Shown: positions 19,498 through 29,970, counted from the stretch's first letter. The stretch is 64,000 nt of DNA from Patescibacteria group bacterium (GCA_041738615.1 JBGSPL010000003.1:24708-88707); one strand, 5' to 3'. Made by a program: numbers and translations. The notes: generated by a model not told the origin, from the sequence alone.

Positions 19498-20081
19498 CTT
19501 TTCCTACCGACTGGCTCATATGCTTCCCTGGCAAGTTTCTCGCCATACTCCAAAGCCTTTTTGTTCAAATTGCGCAACTGTGGTTTTTGTTTGTATTTGT
19601 ACCCCAGTACTTCCTCGAGGGCGGTCTCCACCTGCCTTCGGGATAACAGATGAATCTCCGATAGTAACGCTCCCGCGAGCACCATATTGAAGACTGCTGG
19701 AGAAAGCTTACTGGACGCTATGCTTGTTGCCGGTATAGCCAGCTTCTCCGCCGACACATCCCTAAGCTCAGAACCGGTGATAAGATCGCTGTCGTATATG
19801 TACAGAGTATCTTCTCCGATATATTCACTCACCCTATCAATTGCCCGATCCCTCATGTTCACAATGATATCTGCTTTTTCGAACTTCGGAAAACCAATTA
19901 CCTCTTTGCCTAGCTGCAAAAAGCCTAGAGAAACCCCTCCACGTTGTTCCACACCATAATTGGGCATATACACCACGTTCAGGTCGGCCTCGAAGGCAGC
20001 CCTCGTTAGGACGTGGCAAAGAGCTTGGACCCCTTGCCCTCCCTCTCCTGCAATAAGTATCTTGTAGTGATTCTTAACCAT
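19494..20081 (-). CDS. porC: 2-oxoacid:ferredoxin oxidoreductase gamma subunit
   Basis: ILIAGEGGQGVQ motif; operon context. 195 aa. Confidence 0.85.
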   Translation of the reverse strand: MVKNHYKILIAGEGGQGVQALCHVLTRAAFEADLNVVYMPNYGVEQRGGVSLGFLQLGKEVIGFPKFEKADIIVNMRDRAIDRVSEYIGEDTLYIYDSDLITGSELRDVSAEKLAIPATSIASSKLSPAVFNMVLAGALLSEIHLLSRRQVETALEEVLGYKYKQKPQLRNLNKKALEYGEKLAREAYEPVGRKR

Positions 20082-20790
20082 TTATCACTCCCGGTTTGTA
20101 GATACTCTCGAGTTTCTTTGAAAAATCGATTGTTGCTTCTGCGTTGGTTTTCCAATTTGTTGGGCAATATGAAACCACTTCAACCAAGGAAAAATTGCCG
20201 GCAAGCTGGGCCTCGATCGCCTTCTTGATATACGACTTTAGTACAGGAATGTTGTTTACTGTCCCGCGAGCGAGAAATGCCCCTTCGCTGGCCACTGGCT
20301 GCAGCAATTCCGGTCCATAGATAGGTTTTGGTTCGGTAAATTTACCGCCTGGTGTGGTGGTAGTTACCTCGCCCGGAAAAGTAGTTGGGCTAGATTGGCC
20401 GCCCGTCATCGCGTATAGGCTGTTATTTACTCCAATAATCGTAACTGCCTCGTTTCGATGTGCCGTGTGAATCAGACCCTGGAGCCCAATCGCGTAGAGA
20501 CCGCCGTCCCCAGCAATTCCGATGGCGACACTTTCCTTTTGCCCTCTTTTGTACCCTGCTAGCATCGGCGTCACTCGGCCATGATGTGACTGGGCTGTGT
20601 CTAGGTCATAGTAATTCCAAGCCAAAAGATTACAGCCAATATCTAGTCCGATTACCGTGCGCGGCGAAATCTCCATTTCGTCTATCACTTCCCCAATGAC
20701 ACGTAGAATAATGCCATACCCACAACCTGGGCAAAAATTACTAGGCTTCGATTCTTGCTTCAGTACCTTTGGCATCCTAGGAGTGTTCAT
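20074..20790 (-). CDS. porB: 2-oxoacid:ferredoxin oxidoreductase beta subunit (TPP-binding)
   Basis: CPGCGYG, TPP-binding GDG...N region. 238 aa. Confidence 0.88.
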   Translation of the reverse strand: MNTPRMPKVLKQESKPSNFCPGCGYGIILRVIGEVIDEMEISPRTVIGLDIGCNLLAWNYYDLDTAQSHHGRVTPMLAGYKRGQKESVAIGIAGDGGLYAIGLQGLIHTAHRNEAVTIIGVNNSLYAMTGGQSSPTTFPGEVTTTTPGGKFTEPKPIYGPELLQPVASEGAFLARGTVNNIPVLKSYIKKAIEAQLAGNFSLVEVVSYCPTNWKTNAEATIDFSKKLESIYKPGVING

Positions 20791-21866
20791 TTCGCCACCT
20801 CCCGAATCTTCTTCTCAATCTCTTCAGCTGTGATTCCCTCGGCGGGTTTATACAAGCGGACGTATTCTGCGTCGGTATTCTGAGCTAGGGTCTCTCGTAT
20901 AATTCGCCCAAAATGCCCAGCACTGCTTTCGGCGATGATGATGTGCTTCGCCCTAGCAACCGCCTTTATCGCGGCTGCGCTATCGAAGGGGCGCATAGTA
21001 ATCGGCCGAAACAGGCCCACCTTGAGCTTGTCCTTCCTGGCTTTGGCCACAGCGACCTTGGCTGCATATCCCACAGATCCCCAGGCGAAAACCACTACCT
21101 CTGCATCCTTTGTCTGATAACTCTCCGATTCGACAATCTCTTTGCTTGCCTCCGAAAACTCTTTGAACATAAAGTTTAGGTGTTCTACAAGCTCCTCTTC
21201 CATCGAGAAGCAATTACGCATGTTCTTGATCGGTCCATTCAGAAAGTAAGGGGTCGATTTTACCTTGGGCAGTTTGGCAGAAACATCTACTGGAGCTTGC
21301 ATCTTAGAAAGGTAGCCATCCCCAAGAACAATTACGGGAAAACGATATTTCCATGCCGTCTCAAATGCTTTGTGCATATAGGTATACATTTCGGCTAACG
21401 TAGAAGGGGCATAAACGATACGCAGACCCTCGCCATTCCCGCCAAACCTAGCGAGTGTAAGTTCCTGCTGCGAGTAGATTACGGTACCTGTAGAAGGGCC
21501 GCCTCGCTGTCCAACATACATCACAAAAGGTAATCTGTAAGACTCCGCAACAGCAAGTGGATCTTGCATCAGCACGTGACCAATACCGGCAGTTGCAGTC
21601 CAGGCCTTCTTCCCTGCAAGAAGAGCACCTATCACAGCGAAGCCAGAGGCAATCTCGTCTTCCATCTGCAAAAACTCAAGCCTGCTGTCATGTGCTGCGG
21701 CATTGGCCCAGCCAGTAAGGACTTCTGTGGTCGGTGTTATGGGGTACCCTGCAAAAAAATCAGCTCCGGCAGCATATGCGCCGCGTAACAATACATCGTT
21801 GCCCGTAAGAAGCTCTTTTTTAGGTTTTACTCCTGATGATATTTTCTTTTCTGTATTATTCGCCAA
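20787..21866 (-). CDS. porA: 2-oxoacid:ferredoxin oxidoreductase alpha subunit
   Basis: 359 aa; alpha-subunit architecture; 4-nt overlap with porB. Confidence 0.85.
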   Translation of the reverse strand: MANNTEKKISSGVKPKKELLTGNDVLLRGAYAAGADFFAGYPITPTTEVLTGWANAAAHDSRLEFLQMEDEIASGFAVIGALLAGKKAWTATAGIGHVLMQDPLAVAESYRLPFVMYVGQRGGPSTGTVIYSQQELTLARFGGNGEGLRIVYAPSTLAEMYTYMHKAFETAWKYRFPVIVLGDGYLSKMQAPVDVSAKLPKVKSTPYFLNGPIKNMRNCFSMEEELVEHLNFMFKEFSEASKEIVESESYQTKDAEVVVFAWGSVGYAAKVAVAKARKDKLKVGLFRPITMRPFDSAAAIKAVARAKHIIIAESSAGHFGRIIRETLAQNTDAEYVRLYKPAEGITAEEIEKKIREVAK

Positions 21867-21907
21867 AAATCCCTCCGATAACTACTGTTTTACTGAACTA
21901 TTATACG

Positions 21908-23986
21908 TTACTTGGACTCTGGCTCAAAGATAATCTTCGCGTCCAGGGCCAGGATTCCCTTGTGGTCAGTGTTCACCCTTATCGGATTTATGTCCACCTC
22001 GCGTACGTGTGGAAAGTCCACCATAAGCTGAGAGAGACCCGATATCGCAATCGCCAACGCCTCAACGTCGAATTTTTCTCCATTTCGATAGCCGTGCAAG
22101 ATATCAACATAGCGAATCCCCTGAATCATTTCCTTCGCCCTCTCCACACTAATCGGGGCGAGGCCAAGCTTAAAATCCTTGAATAACTCGATATACACCC
22201 CGCCTAGACCGAACATAATCACTGGACCAAATAGTGGGTCCCTCTTTGCACCAATAGCCACCTCTACTGTCGAACGCACCATGTGGTAAACGGTTACTCC
22301 AAGAATCTTGGCTTTTGGATGGTGTTTTTTAGCATTTTTCAACACTTCCTGATAGGATTTTCTGAGATCTGCCTCGTCCTCGATACCAAGCTTTATTGCC
22401 CCAACCTCTGTCTTGTGTAAAATATCAGGAGATGTCACCTTGAGAACCACCGGATAACCGATTCTGGCGGCTGCCTTGGCTGCGTCGGTAGCGTTAGTAG
22501 TCAGCTTCGAGCTTGCCATAGGAATGCCATAAGCCATAAATATCTTTGCTATATCTGCATCATCAAGCAATTTGTAAGCCTTGATTACACGCCCCGCAAT
22601 GTCTTTTCTTACCTTCGTGTAAGTTTCTATCTTTGGCTTCTTGTAGTAATATTCTGCATATTTTTCAAGCTTGTTTAGGGCTATTACCGCCCTTTCTGGG
22701 TATAGGAATGTACAAATCTTGTGTTCAGAAAGGATCCGCTCTGCCTCCGCAAATTTCGGCCCCCCTATGAGGGCCACAGCTATGTCTTTGTTACTGTTTT
22801 TTACGATCACATGGGCAATCTTCTCTGCATCGGTTGACGACTGCGGAGTCAAGATAACGAGCTTCAGGTCACTGTCATGTTTTCCTTTCATAACCTTGAA
22901 TACCACCTCAAAAGTACGGCTTGTGGCGTCTCCGAGCAGGTCGATTGGATTATGAACTGCCGCACCAAAGGGTAGTACCTTGGAAAGTATATCCCTTTGC
23001 TCAGCGTTTGGCTCAAAAAAGTCCAGATGCTTGGCGTGCGCTATAGAGTCAGAAGTCATCACAGCTGGACCGCCAGCATTTGTAAGTATTAGCAACTTAT
23101 TCCCCTTTGGTAAGCTCATGTCAGCAAATATCGTCGCAAGCTCAAAGAGATCTTCCAGGGTCTCTGCGCGGATAATGCCGGCTTCGGAAAATACAGTCTC
23201 GACGATGTTATCATCGGCTGCCAAAGCTCCTGTATGCGAACTTGCGGCACTGCTACCCTCTGTACTTCGACCAGCCTTTAGGATTATAAGCGGCTTCTTG
23301 CGAGTGATCTTTTTAGCAACTTGGAGAAATCGTTCGGGTTCTGAGATAGACTCCAGATAACCGATGATGACCTCTGTACTCTTGTCGTCCGCTAGAAACT
23401 CCAAAACATCGCACTCATTTATATCCATCTTGTTACCAAGACTAACAAAATGGGAAAACCCAAGGTTATTACCATTTGCCCAATCGAGGATTGCGGTACA
23501 GGTGGCGCCACTCTGGGAGAATACAGCAATGTTCCGCTTGGCAGGCATGTTGGTGGCAAACGAAGCATTTAGCTTAGTGGTAGGATCGATTATACCGAGA
23601 CAATTCGGTCCCAAGACACGGATACCATAGGTTCCCGCTATCTGAGATAGGTCATTCTGTAATTTTACTCCTTCGGGTCCTGATTCAGAGAAGCCTGCCG
23701 AGATGATTATGACACTACCAATATGTTTTTTCCCACACTCTAAAAGAGTCTTTCCTACTATATGGGCAGGGACTACTATTACCGCTAGGTCTATCTTGCC
23801 CTTTATCGCATCCAAATCTGGGTAACATTTTAGCCCCAGCAAATTATCGGTGGTTGGGTTTACAGGATATATCCTTCCCTGATAGCCACCGTCAATCACA
23901 TTTTTTAATACAGAAAAACCAATCTTCTCAGGATGAGAAGACGCGCCAATAATTGCAACTGAACGTGGTAAAAAGAAATCTTTCAA
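21908..23986 (-). CDS. acd: Acetyl-CoA synthetase (ADP-forming), fused alpha/beta subunits (NDP-forming acyl-CoA synthetase family)
   Basis: N-terminal CoA-binding domain (SVAIIGAS...GYQGRIYPVNP), succinyl-CoA-synthetase-like flavodoxin domain, C-terminal ATP-grasp. 692 aa. Immediately downstream of porABCD. Confidence 0.85.
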   Translation of the reverse strand: MKDFFLPRSVAIIGASSHPEKIGFSVLKNVIDGGYQGRIYPVNPTTDNLLGLKCYPDLDAIKGKIDLAVIVVPAHIVGKTLLECGKKHIGSVIIISAGFSESGPEGVKLQNDLSQIAGTYGIRVLGPNCLGIIDPTTKLNASFATNMPAKRNIAVFSQSGATCTAILDWANGNNLGFSHFVSLGNKMDINECDVLEFLADDKSTEVIIGYLESISEPERFLQVAKKITRKKPLIILKAGRSTEGSSAASSHTGALAADDNIVETVFSEAGIIRAETLEDLFELATIFADMSLPKGNKLLILTNAGGPAVMTSDSIAHAKHLDFFEPNAEQRDILSKVLPFGAAVHNPIDLLGDATSRTFEVVFKVMKGKHDSDLKLVILTPQSSTDAEKIAHVIVKNSNKDIAVALIGGPKFAEAERILSEHKICTFLYPERAVIALNKLEKYAEYYYKKPKIETYTKVRKDIAGRVIKAYKLLDDADIAKIFMAYGIPMASSKLTTNATDAAKAAARIGYPVVLKVTSPDILHKTEVGAIKLGIEDEADLRKSYQEVLKNAKKHHPKAKILGVTVYHMVRSTVEVAIGAKRDPLFGPVIMFGLGGVYIELFKDFKLGLAPISVERAKEMIQGIRYVDILHGYRNGEKFDVEALAIAISGLSQLMVDFPHVREVDINPIRVNTDHKGILALDAKIIFEPESK

Positions 23987-24007
23987 AAATGTCCCCTCCG
24001 AGATTGT

Positions 24008-24694
24008 TTAACCGAGACTACCGGATCGGTCTTCTCCGCTAGCTGCTGGCACTGTAGTGGCAGGAGTAGTAATAGCTGGCGTAGCTACAGGCTCTGGCTT
24101 AGTAGCGGCTGGTGTTTCTACAGGAGCACTTGTTGCTGGCGTATCAGATTCCGCGGCTGTCAGCGGACTCGGTGCCTCTGTAAGACCGGCCAGTTTCGCG
24201 TTCAGCTCGTCAAGCACTGCTTGTTGTTTTGCTAGCTTACTAGAATTACTTGAGCTGACGACAAAAAATGTTATCGTCGAAATAATAACCAAGGCGACAA
24301 GCCCAATACCTACTATAACGAGAAGCCCTCGTACGTTCAGTGGCGCGTTCTTCGTGTATGACGAATGAGCTTGAGTCTCAACAGGACTAGGGGTGGCCGG
24401 CGTGAGATCGGCAAAAGGATTATTGTTAGGCGTTTGTTCTGTAGCCTGAGGACTCTCCGCATTTGTGTTTTGAAACACTTCGGGAGCCTCTACTACTGGA
24501 TTTGTAGGGACTGATTCTCCGGTATTTTGTGAGGCTAAGTTAATCTTAACATCGTCTGGTTTATCGAACCCACCGTAAAAATGATCGCTTGCGGTTGCCT
24601 GATCAGCGGGAGCGGAGTCCGGTTGGATACCAGTAGCAGAGCTAAACTCATCTGGCTCGCTAGTATTTGGATTGATTGTATCAACCATCATCAT
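24008..24694 (-). CDS. Membrane-anchored Pro/Thr/Ala-rich low-complexity protein
   Basis: 228 aa. Central TM helix. N- and C-terminal PT/PA-rich low-complexity stretches. Confidence 0.45.
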   Translation of the reverse strand: MMMVDTINPNTSEPDEFSSATGIQPDSAPADQATASDHFYGGFDKPDDVKINLASQNTGESVPTNPVVEAPEVFQNTNAESPQATEQTPNNNPFADLTPATPSPVETQAHSSYTKNAPLNVRGLLVIVGIGLVALVIISTITFFVVSSSNSSKLAKQQAVLDELNAKLAGLTEAPSPLTAAESDTPATSAPVETPAATKPEPVATPAITTPATTVPAASGEDRSGSLG

Positions 24695-24707
24695 AATTTC
24701 ACCCTCT

Positions 24708-25532
24708 TTAACTAATTGTAAGAGTATTTAACATTTTTAGCAAATCTTCCGAATAGCCACCGGCTTCGGAGAAGATTATTGAGCCGCTACTGCTTGCGAC
24801 CACGACCGTCGTTACCTGAGTGTTTGAGGTTGGAGACGTGAAGGTATACTTCTGAGCTGTACGTCCCGCTACAGTAAGGGACTCTACGGTAACCCCGGCC
24901 ATTGAGGCATAGCTCTTGTTGGTATCTACGGCAGTCTTGGCGGTGGTGTTCACTACCACCGGTGCAATAAAATCACTACCCGCCGGTATGGTTGCCGGCA
25001 AACTCTGATTACTGAAAGCGACTACAGACGTCATCCCAGTGGTTTCGTTCTTACCATAATCCTGAACGTTCCACCCCACCTGGTACTTTATGGTATAGCC
25101 ACTACCAGCAAAGATCTTCCAGTCTTTTGTCGGATCTACTGCAGGCACTGCCGTGGTCGTAAATTGCTTCGATATCCAGCCATCCTTACCTTCAAAGCTA
25201 ACCTTATACCAGCCATCGAGCTCTTGGGTGACAGTTAGCTTGGTTCCGTTTGGTATCAAAGTCAGGCGCTTTGATCCAGCGTCGCGAGACTCCCTTAGGC
25301 TCAGTCCCCCATCTGCATTTACGTAAACTGCCAGCTCCTTGGTTACTGGCTGGTCCCCTGTTGCGACAGCAACCTCGACTTTATTCCCGCTAGCTGGCTT
25401 CATAGCACTGAAACGCACAATGCTAAAAACAAACAAACTTGCGCAAGCCAAAATAACGGCAATTGTCAAAAACTTTTTACGTCGACCGGCCAATGGAGAT
25501 TTCTTGATTCGATAAATATTTTTTGAAAGCAT
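24708..25532 (-). CDS. Membrane-anchored protein with SH3b domain and C-terminal beta-rich domain
   Basis: TM helix, then VYVNADGGLSLRESRDAGSKRLTLIPNGTKLTVTQELDGWYKVSFEGKDGWISKQF SH3b pattern paralogous to 6920..7393. Confidence 0.6.
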   Translation of the reverse strand: MLSKNIYRIKKSPLAGRRKKFLTIAVILACASLFVFSIVRFSAMKPASGNKVEVAVATGDQPVTKELAVYVNADGGLSLRESRDAGSKRLTLIPNGTKLTVTQELDGWYKVSFEGKDGWISKQFTTTAVPAVDPTKDWKIFAGSGYTIKYQVGWNVQDYGKNETTGMTSVVAFSNQSLPATIPAGSDFIAPVVVNTTAKTAVDTNKSYASMAGVTVESLTVAGRTAQKYTFTSPTSNTQVTTVVVASSSGSIIFSEAGGYSEDLLKMLNTLTIS

Positions 25533-26005
25533 TAGATAGCGGTAATCCCCTTTATTTTCCAGACGCCCTCGACCTTTACTAGCTCAAAGGTACGTGCTAC
25601 TTGATCGGTCCCAACTACTAAGTTGATGCTCACTGTAGAAGAATCGCTCTCTACGGTTTGCTCCGAGTCACCAACCGTCATGTTCGCAAGATCGCTGCCC
25701 AGCTTGAGGGTATTCTTTATATCCATGCCCTGTACTGAACTATCAAGATAGAGTTTCGCCTTTGCAGTAGCATCGGACTTCACCTCATTAAGAAATGCTA
25801 CCACTAGTTCGGTTGGCGTGAAGTTGTTTGTATCCTTCGCATTAGTAATTTCGTCGACTTTTCTTTGTGTTTCGGCGGTTTTCTCCGCGATTTCCGATGA
25901 CTTGGCGTTGTACGAGCTGCCTTGCAGTAATACAATTGCGGCAACTACTAGAACCAGCATGACAACCATGCTTATGATAACGATAAGTGGCAATTTGTTT
26001 TTCAT
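25532..26005 (-). CDS. Membrane-anchored NTF2-like (DUF4878-like) protein
   Basis: 157 aa, N-terminal TM. ATGA overlap with the downstream SH3b gene. Confidence 0.4.
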   Translation of the reverse strand: MKNKLPLIVIISMVVMLVLVVAAIVLLQGSSYNAKSSEIAEKTAETQRKVDEITNAKDTNNFTPTELVVAFLNEVKSDATAKAKLYLDSSVQGMDIKNTLKLGSDLANMTVGDSEQTVESDSSTVSINLVVGTDQVARTFELVKVEGVWKIKGITAI

Positions 26006-26028
26006 TTTCCCTCTTTTCCTAAATGATA

Positions 26029-27015
26029 CTATGCTTCGGGGAGAACCTTACTATCTATTTTAGCGCTAAGTTCATCAAAAGTCATCAACCCTTCTTGGGC
26101 CCCAAGAAAACGAACCACGCTACCCGAGTTGACCGCGGCGAGTTTCATCGCATATTTAGCCCCGTAGCCCATAATGTGGGCCGCCACAAAGGTCCCTCCG
26201 TAGGCATCTCCTGCGCCCGTCGTCTCTACCACCTCTCCCGCCAATGCTGGCTCATGATACTCCTTATTGCCGTCGGTCAGATAGCTACCGTTTGCACCGT
26301 CTGTGACAATTACGATACCGCCAGTCATTTTTTGAAGTTCACTAAGCAGCTTTTTTTCGTCAGCTTTTGCCAGAGCCTTATCCTTACTAGACGCTAGCTT
26401 TATGGCCTCGTCTCGATTTAGTATCAAAACTGCGGTTTCCTCGAGGTAGCTACTAAGGTCGTCGTATCCTCCTGAGACCTGTTCGCTTCCAGGATTCCAG
26501 GCAACTTTGACGTTATGGGCTCTTGCGAAAGAAAAGAGCTCTGGAATAATGTCAGCGGATTCACCTGTCAACGAAGAAAGGTAGAGCCACTTACTGCGCA
26601 ACGGACGCCAATCATGGACCTTCAGGTTGTTGTTCGCACCGCGATAGAGAAACATTGTATGGTCTTCACCAGGCAGGCCCACAATGATCGACATCGCGGT
26701 GTGATGCTTGTGGTCACGAACTATGTGGTCGGTATTCACTCCAACAGCTGCTAGGTCCTTGATTACCAAACTCCCCGTGCCCTCAGAACCTATGTTCATT
26801 ACGGTCGAAACTCGGAGCCCCATCTTAGCGCACGCCACGGCGATATTAAAGGCCCCTCCCCCATAGGTGAACTTTGATTGCTGGGGGATTATTTTGGAGC
26901 CATACTCAAAGGCAATTAATTTTTGATGACGCCTTAGATCGTTAACAACCATGGCCTCGTCTGTCATAAAGAAAACGTCCCTAGTAGCTCCGCCGACTGT
27001 AATTAAATCAAACAT
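26029..27015 (-). CDS. PfkB-family carbohydrate kinase (ribokinase/phosphofructokinase-B-like)
   Basis: GGGAFNIAV, C-terminal TTGAGDAYGGTF anion-hole motif. 328 aa. Confidence 0.8.
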   Translation of the reverse strand: MFDLITVGGATRDVFFMTDEAMVVNDLRRHQKLIAFEYGSKIIPQQSKFTYGGGAFNIAVACAKMGLRVSTVMNIGSEGTGSLVIKDLAAVGVNTDHIVRDHKHHTAMSIIVGLPGEDHTMFLYRGANNNLKVHDWRPLRSKWLYLSSLTGESADIIPELFSFARAHNVKVAWNPGSEQVSGGYDDLSSYLEETAVLILNRDEAIKLASSKDKALAKADEKKLLSELQKMTGGIVIVTDGANGSYLTDGNKEYHEPALAGEVVETTGAGDAYGGTFVAAHIMGYGAKYAMKLAAVNSGSVVRFLGAQEGLMTFDELSAKIDSKVLPEA

Positions 27016-27026
27016 AACTCCCTACC

Positions 27027-28598
27027 TTACTTTATCAAAGTTTTACTTGTCATCTCAGGAGGCACCGGCAAGCGCATCAGGGTAAGAATTGTCGGCGCAA
27101 TGTTCGCAAGCCCCGGACTGAGCACACGGGTAGTTTGTAGTTTCTTGTTGCTGACTACCACGAGGGGTACTTGAGAGGTCGTATGGGTGGTACACGGTAG
27201 ACCGTTCGCTTCCGCCATTTTTTCGGCATTGCCATGATCCGCGGTAACCAAGATGTCGTACTCTAGCTCAGAAGCTCGGGCGATCACCTCACCGAGAGCC
27301 TTGTCCACGGTTTCCACTGCTTTGACAGCCGCTTGAAGCTTACCCGTATGACCAACCATATCGGGGTTTGCAAAGTTTACTACAATAAAGTCGTACTTCC
27401 CAAGGTGCCCCAGAAGCTCTTCCTTTACCTTCTCGGCGCTCATTTGGGGCTTCTCGTCGTAGGTAGACACCCTAGGCGAAGGCACCATAGTACGATCTTC
27501 TCCCACTTCTTGGTACTCGTTGCCACCCTCCAAAAAATAAGTTACATGAGCAAACTTTTCCGTCTCCGCAAGATGAAACTGGCTTAATCCGTGTTCTGAA
27601 ACCACGTCCGAGAGCGTCTGCGATAGCTTAGTAAAGGGGAAAGCAATACCTGTAACCGGAAGGGTCTTTTCGTATTCGGTAAGAGTTACGAAGTACAGGT
27701 TTCTAGCAACAACATTTCTTTTAAACGAAGTAAATCTTTCTGCAACGATGGCTCTGGCAAGCTGCCTGGGTCTATCGGATCTGAAATTAAAGAAGATCAC
27801 AACGTCACCAGGTTCGATCTTCCCGTCACCACAAATGACAGTAGGCTTTATAAATTCGTCGCCTATTCCTAGCCTATAGTTATCGTTCACTGCATCACTA
27901 GCGCTATCCGCAAGCTCTCCCTGACCAGCCACTAGCGCTCTATAGGCAAGCTCTGTTCTATCCCATCTATGGTCCCTGTCCATAGCATAGTAACGTCCGC
28001 AGACGGTTGCTATCTTACCGACCCCGATCTTCTTCATCTCATTTTCGAGTAGCTCTACGCTCTTTATCCCGGAGCGAGGGTCGGTATCACGGCCGTCAGT
28101 AAATCCATGAACGTAAACATCATGAACAGCATTATGCTTAGCCATTTCGAGCAGGGCAAAAAGGTGTTTCTCGTGAGCATGAACCCCGCCTGCCCCCAGT
28201 AGCCCTAGTAGGTGAACTTTCTTTTTATTTTCTTTTGCAAAATCTAGGGCTTTTAGCAAAGTATCATTATGGAAAAAGCTGCCACTCTTAATACTTGCGG
28301 ATATTCGCGGCAGATCCTGGAGCTCCACTCGGCCTGATCCAATAGTCAGGTGTCCCACTTCGGAATTCCCCATCTGACCCCCTGGCAAACCCACGGCGGC
28401 TCCCGAGGCATCTAGTGCAAAGTGTAGATTCTGAGACCAAAGAAGGTCGAAATTCGGCGTGCGGGCAACACTAATAGCATTTGTAGGGCCTGCTGGTGCC
28501 AACCCCCAACCATCCATAATAATGAGTAATACCCTCCGCTGCATATAGCCATTATAGCAGAAGAAAGGTTTAAAAAAGAGCCCCTTTGTGGGACTCAA
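27027..28598 (-). CDS. gpmI: 2,3-bisphosphoglycerate-independent phosphoglycerate mutase
   Basis: LLIIMDGWGL, metal-binding DHGN, SEVGH motifs. 523 aa (the ORF may start at the internal MQRRVLL). Confidence 0.9.
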   Translation of the reverse strand: MSPTKGLFFKPFFCYNGYMQRRVLLIIMDGWGLAPAGPTNAISVARTPNFDLLWSQNLHFALDASGAAVGLPGGQMGNSEVGHLTIGSGRVELQDLPRISASIKSGSFFHNDTLLKALDFAKENKKKVHLLGLLGAGGVHAHEKHLFALLEMAKHNAVHDVYVHGFTDGRDTDPRSGIKSVELLENEMKKIGVGKIATVCGRYYAMDRDHRWDRTELAYRALVAGQGELADSASDAVNDNYRLGIGDEFIKPTVICGDGKIEPGDVVIFFNFRSDRPRQLARAIVAERFTSFKRNVVARNLYFVTLTEYEKTLPVTGIAFPFTKLSQTLSDVVSEHGLSQFHLAETEKFAHVTYFLEGGNEYQEVGEDRTMVPSPRVSTYDEKPQMSAEKVKEELLGHLGKYDFIVVNFANPDMVGHTGKLQAAVKAVETVDKALGEVIARASELEYDILVTADHGNAEKMAEANGLPCTTHTTSQVPLVVVSNKKLQTTRVLSPGLANIAPTILTLMRLPVPPEMTSKTLIK

Positions 28599-28612
28599 AT
28601 TTTGTGATACGG

Positions 28613-29902
28613 CTAGCTTCTTTGTGCCAATTCCTCTTCTATTTCTACTAAACGATTGTATTTGGCAACTCGCTCACCTCTCGCTGGTGCCCCTGATTTT
28701 ATTTCTCCAGTGCCTGTAGCAACCACGAGGTCAGCAATAAACGTGTCTGTCGTTTCCCCCGAGCGGTGCGAGATCATACATTTGTATTTATTGTCTAGGG
28801 CCAGTCGAATCGCGGCAAAGGTCTCAGTGAGTGTTCCAATCTGGTTGAGCTTGATAAGTACCGCGTTGGCTGCTTTCGCCTTGATTCCCATCGCAATTCT
28901 TTCCGCATTGGTCACAAATAGATCATCGCCTACGAGCTGAACCTTACGGCCAATCTTTTCTGTCAATAATGTCCAACCCTCCCAATCGTCCTCGGCCAGG
29001 CCATCCTCTATCGAAATAATCGGGTAGTTGGTTATGAGCTCACGGTACCACGCTACCATTTGTTGCGCACTTAACCCAATGTTTTCGCTACTCAAAATGT
29101 ACTTTGAATCTTTCTCGGGGTCATAAATCTCGCTTGCAGCAATATCGAGTGCCAGAGAGACATCTTTCCCTGGTTTATAGCCAGCCAATGTAATAGCCTC
29201 AACGAGTAGGTCTAGCGATTTGGTGTTTGACTCTAGATTAGGGGCAAAACCACCTTCATCACCAAGACTTACGGACAGATTTCTGCTCGCAAGTAGCTTC
29301 TTTAACGAATGATAAACCCGACTAGCAACTTCCAGATTCTCAGCTACAGTTTTTCTCAGTGGAACTATCATCGATTCTTGAATATCAACATTGTTATCGG
29401 CGTGTTGCCCACCATTTAGAACGTTGAAATACATCTTTGGCAATACAAAGTCTTTTGCCACAAGAGCCAGCTCTGGCTGCCAGTGACCCTCGTTCTCAAA
29501 CAAATCGTTGAGGTAGCGATAAAGCGGGATCCCCAACCTCTTTGACATTGCCACCGCCGTAGCCGCAGAAACTCCGAGAATGGCGTTCGCGCCTAGACTA
29601 CTCTTGTTGGGTGTGCCGTCAAGTTTCAATAAAGTGTGATCAATCTCTGACTGATTTGCCGCGTCCATCCCGACTAGAGATTCCCTGATGGGACCAACCA
29701 CATTGGCAAGGGCTTTCTCAACCCCCAGGCCGTCGTATTTTTTGGTACCATCCCTGAGCTCAAGCGCTTCATGAACGCCGGTAGAAGCACCGCTCGGTAC
29801 CGAGAACTCCCCACATACGTCACCAAGGTAAACCCTGACTTTTAGTGTTGGGTTACCTCGAGAATCGAGAATTTGAATTGCTGAAATATCGGTTATTTTC
29901 AT
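28613..29902 (-). CDS. eno: Enolase
   Basis: MKITDISAIQILDSRGNPTLKV N-terminus, enolase signature region. 429 aa. Confidence 0.95.
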   Translation of the reverse strand: MKITDISAIQILDSRGNPTLKVRVYLGDVCGEFSVPSGASTGVHEALELRDGTKKYDGLGVEKALANVVGPIRESLVGMDAANQSEIDHTLLKLDGTPNKSSLGANAILGVSAATAVAMSKRLGIPLYRYLNDLFENEGHWQPELALVAKDFVLPKMYFNVLNGGQHADNNVDIQESMIVPLRKTVAENLEVASRVYHSLKKLLASRNLSVSLGDEGGFAPNLESNTKSLDLLVEAITLAGYKPGKDVSLALDIAASEIYDPEKDSKYILSSENIGLSAQQMVAWYRELITNYPIISIEDGLAEDDWEGWTLLTEKIGRKVQLVGDDLFVTNAERIAMGIKAKAANAVLIKLNQIGTLTETFAAIRLALDNKYKCMISHRSGETTDTFIADLVVATGTGEIKSGAPARGERVAKYNRLVEIEEELAQRS

Positions 29903-29970
29903 ATTGTTTATTATTACTGATTCTCGTCGTTATTACTAGTATCTGTGGCGTCAGTAGCGGTTGTGCCTTC

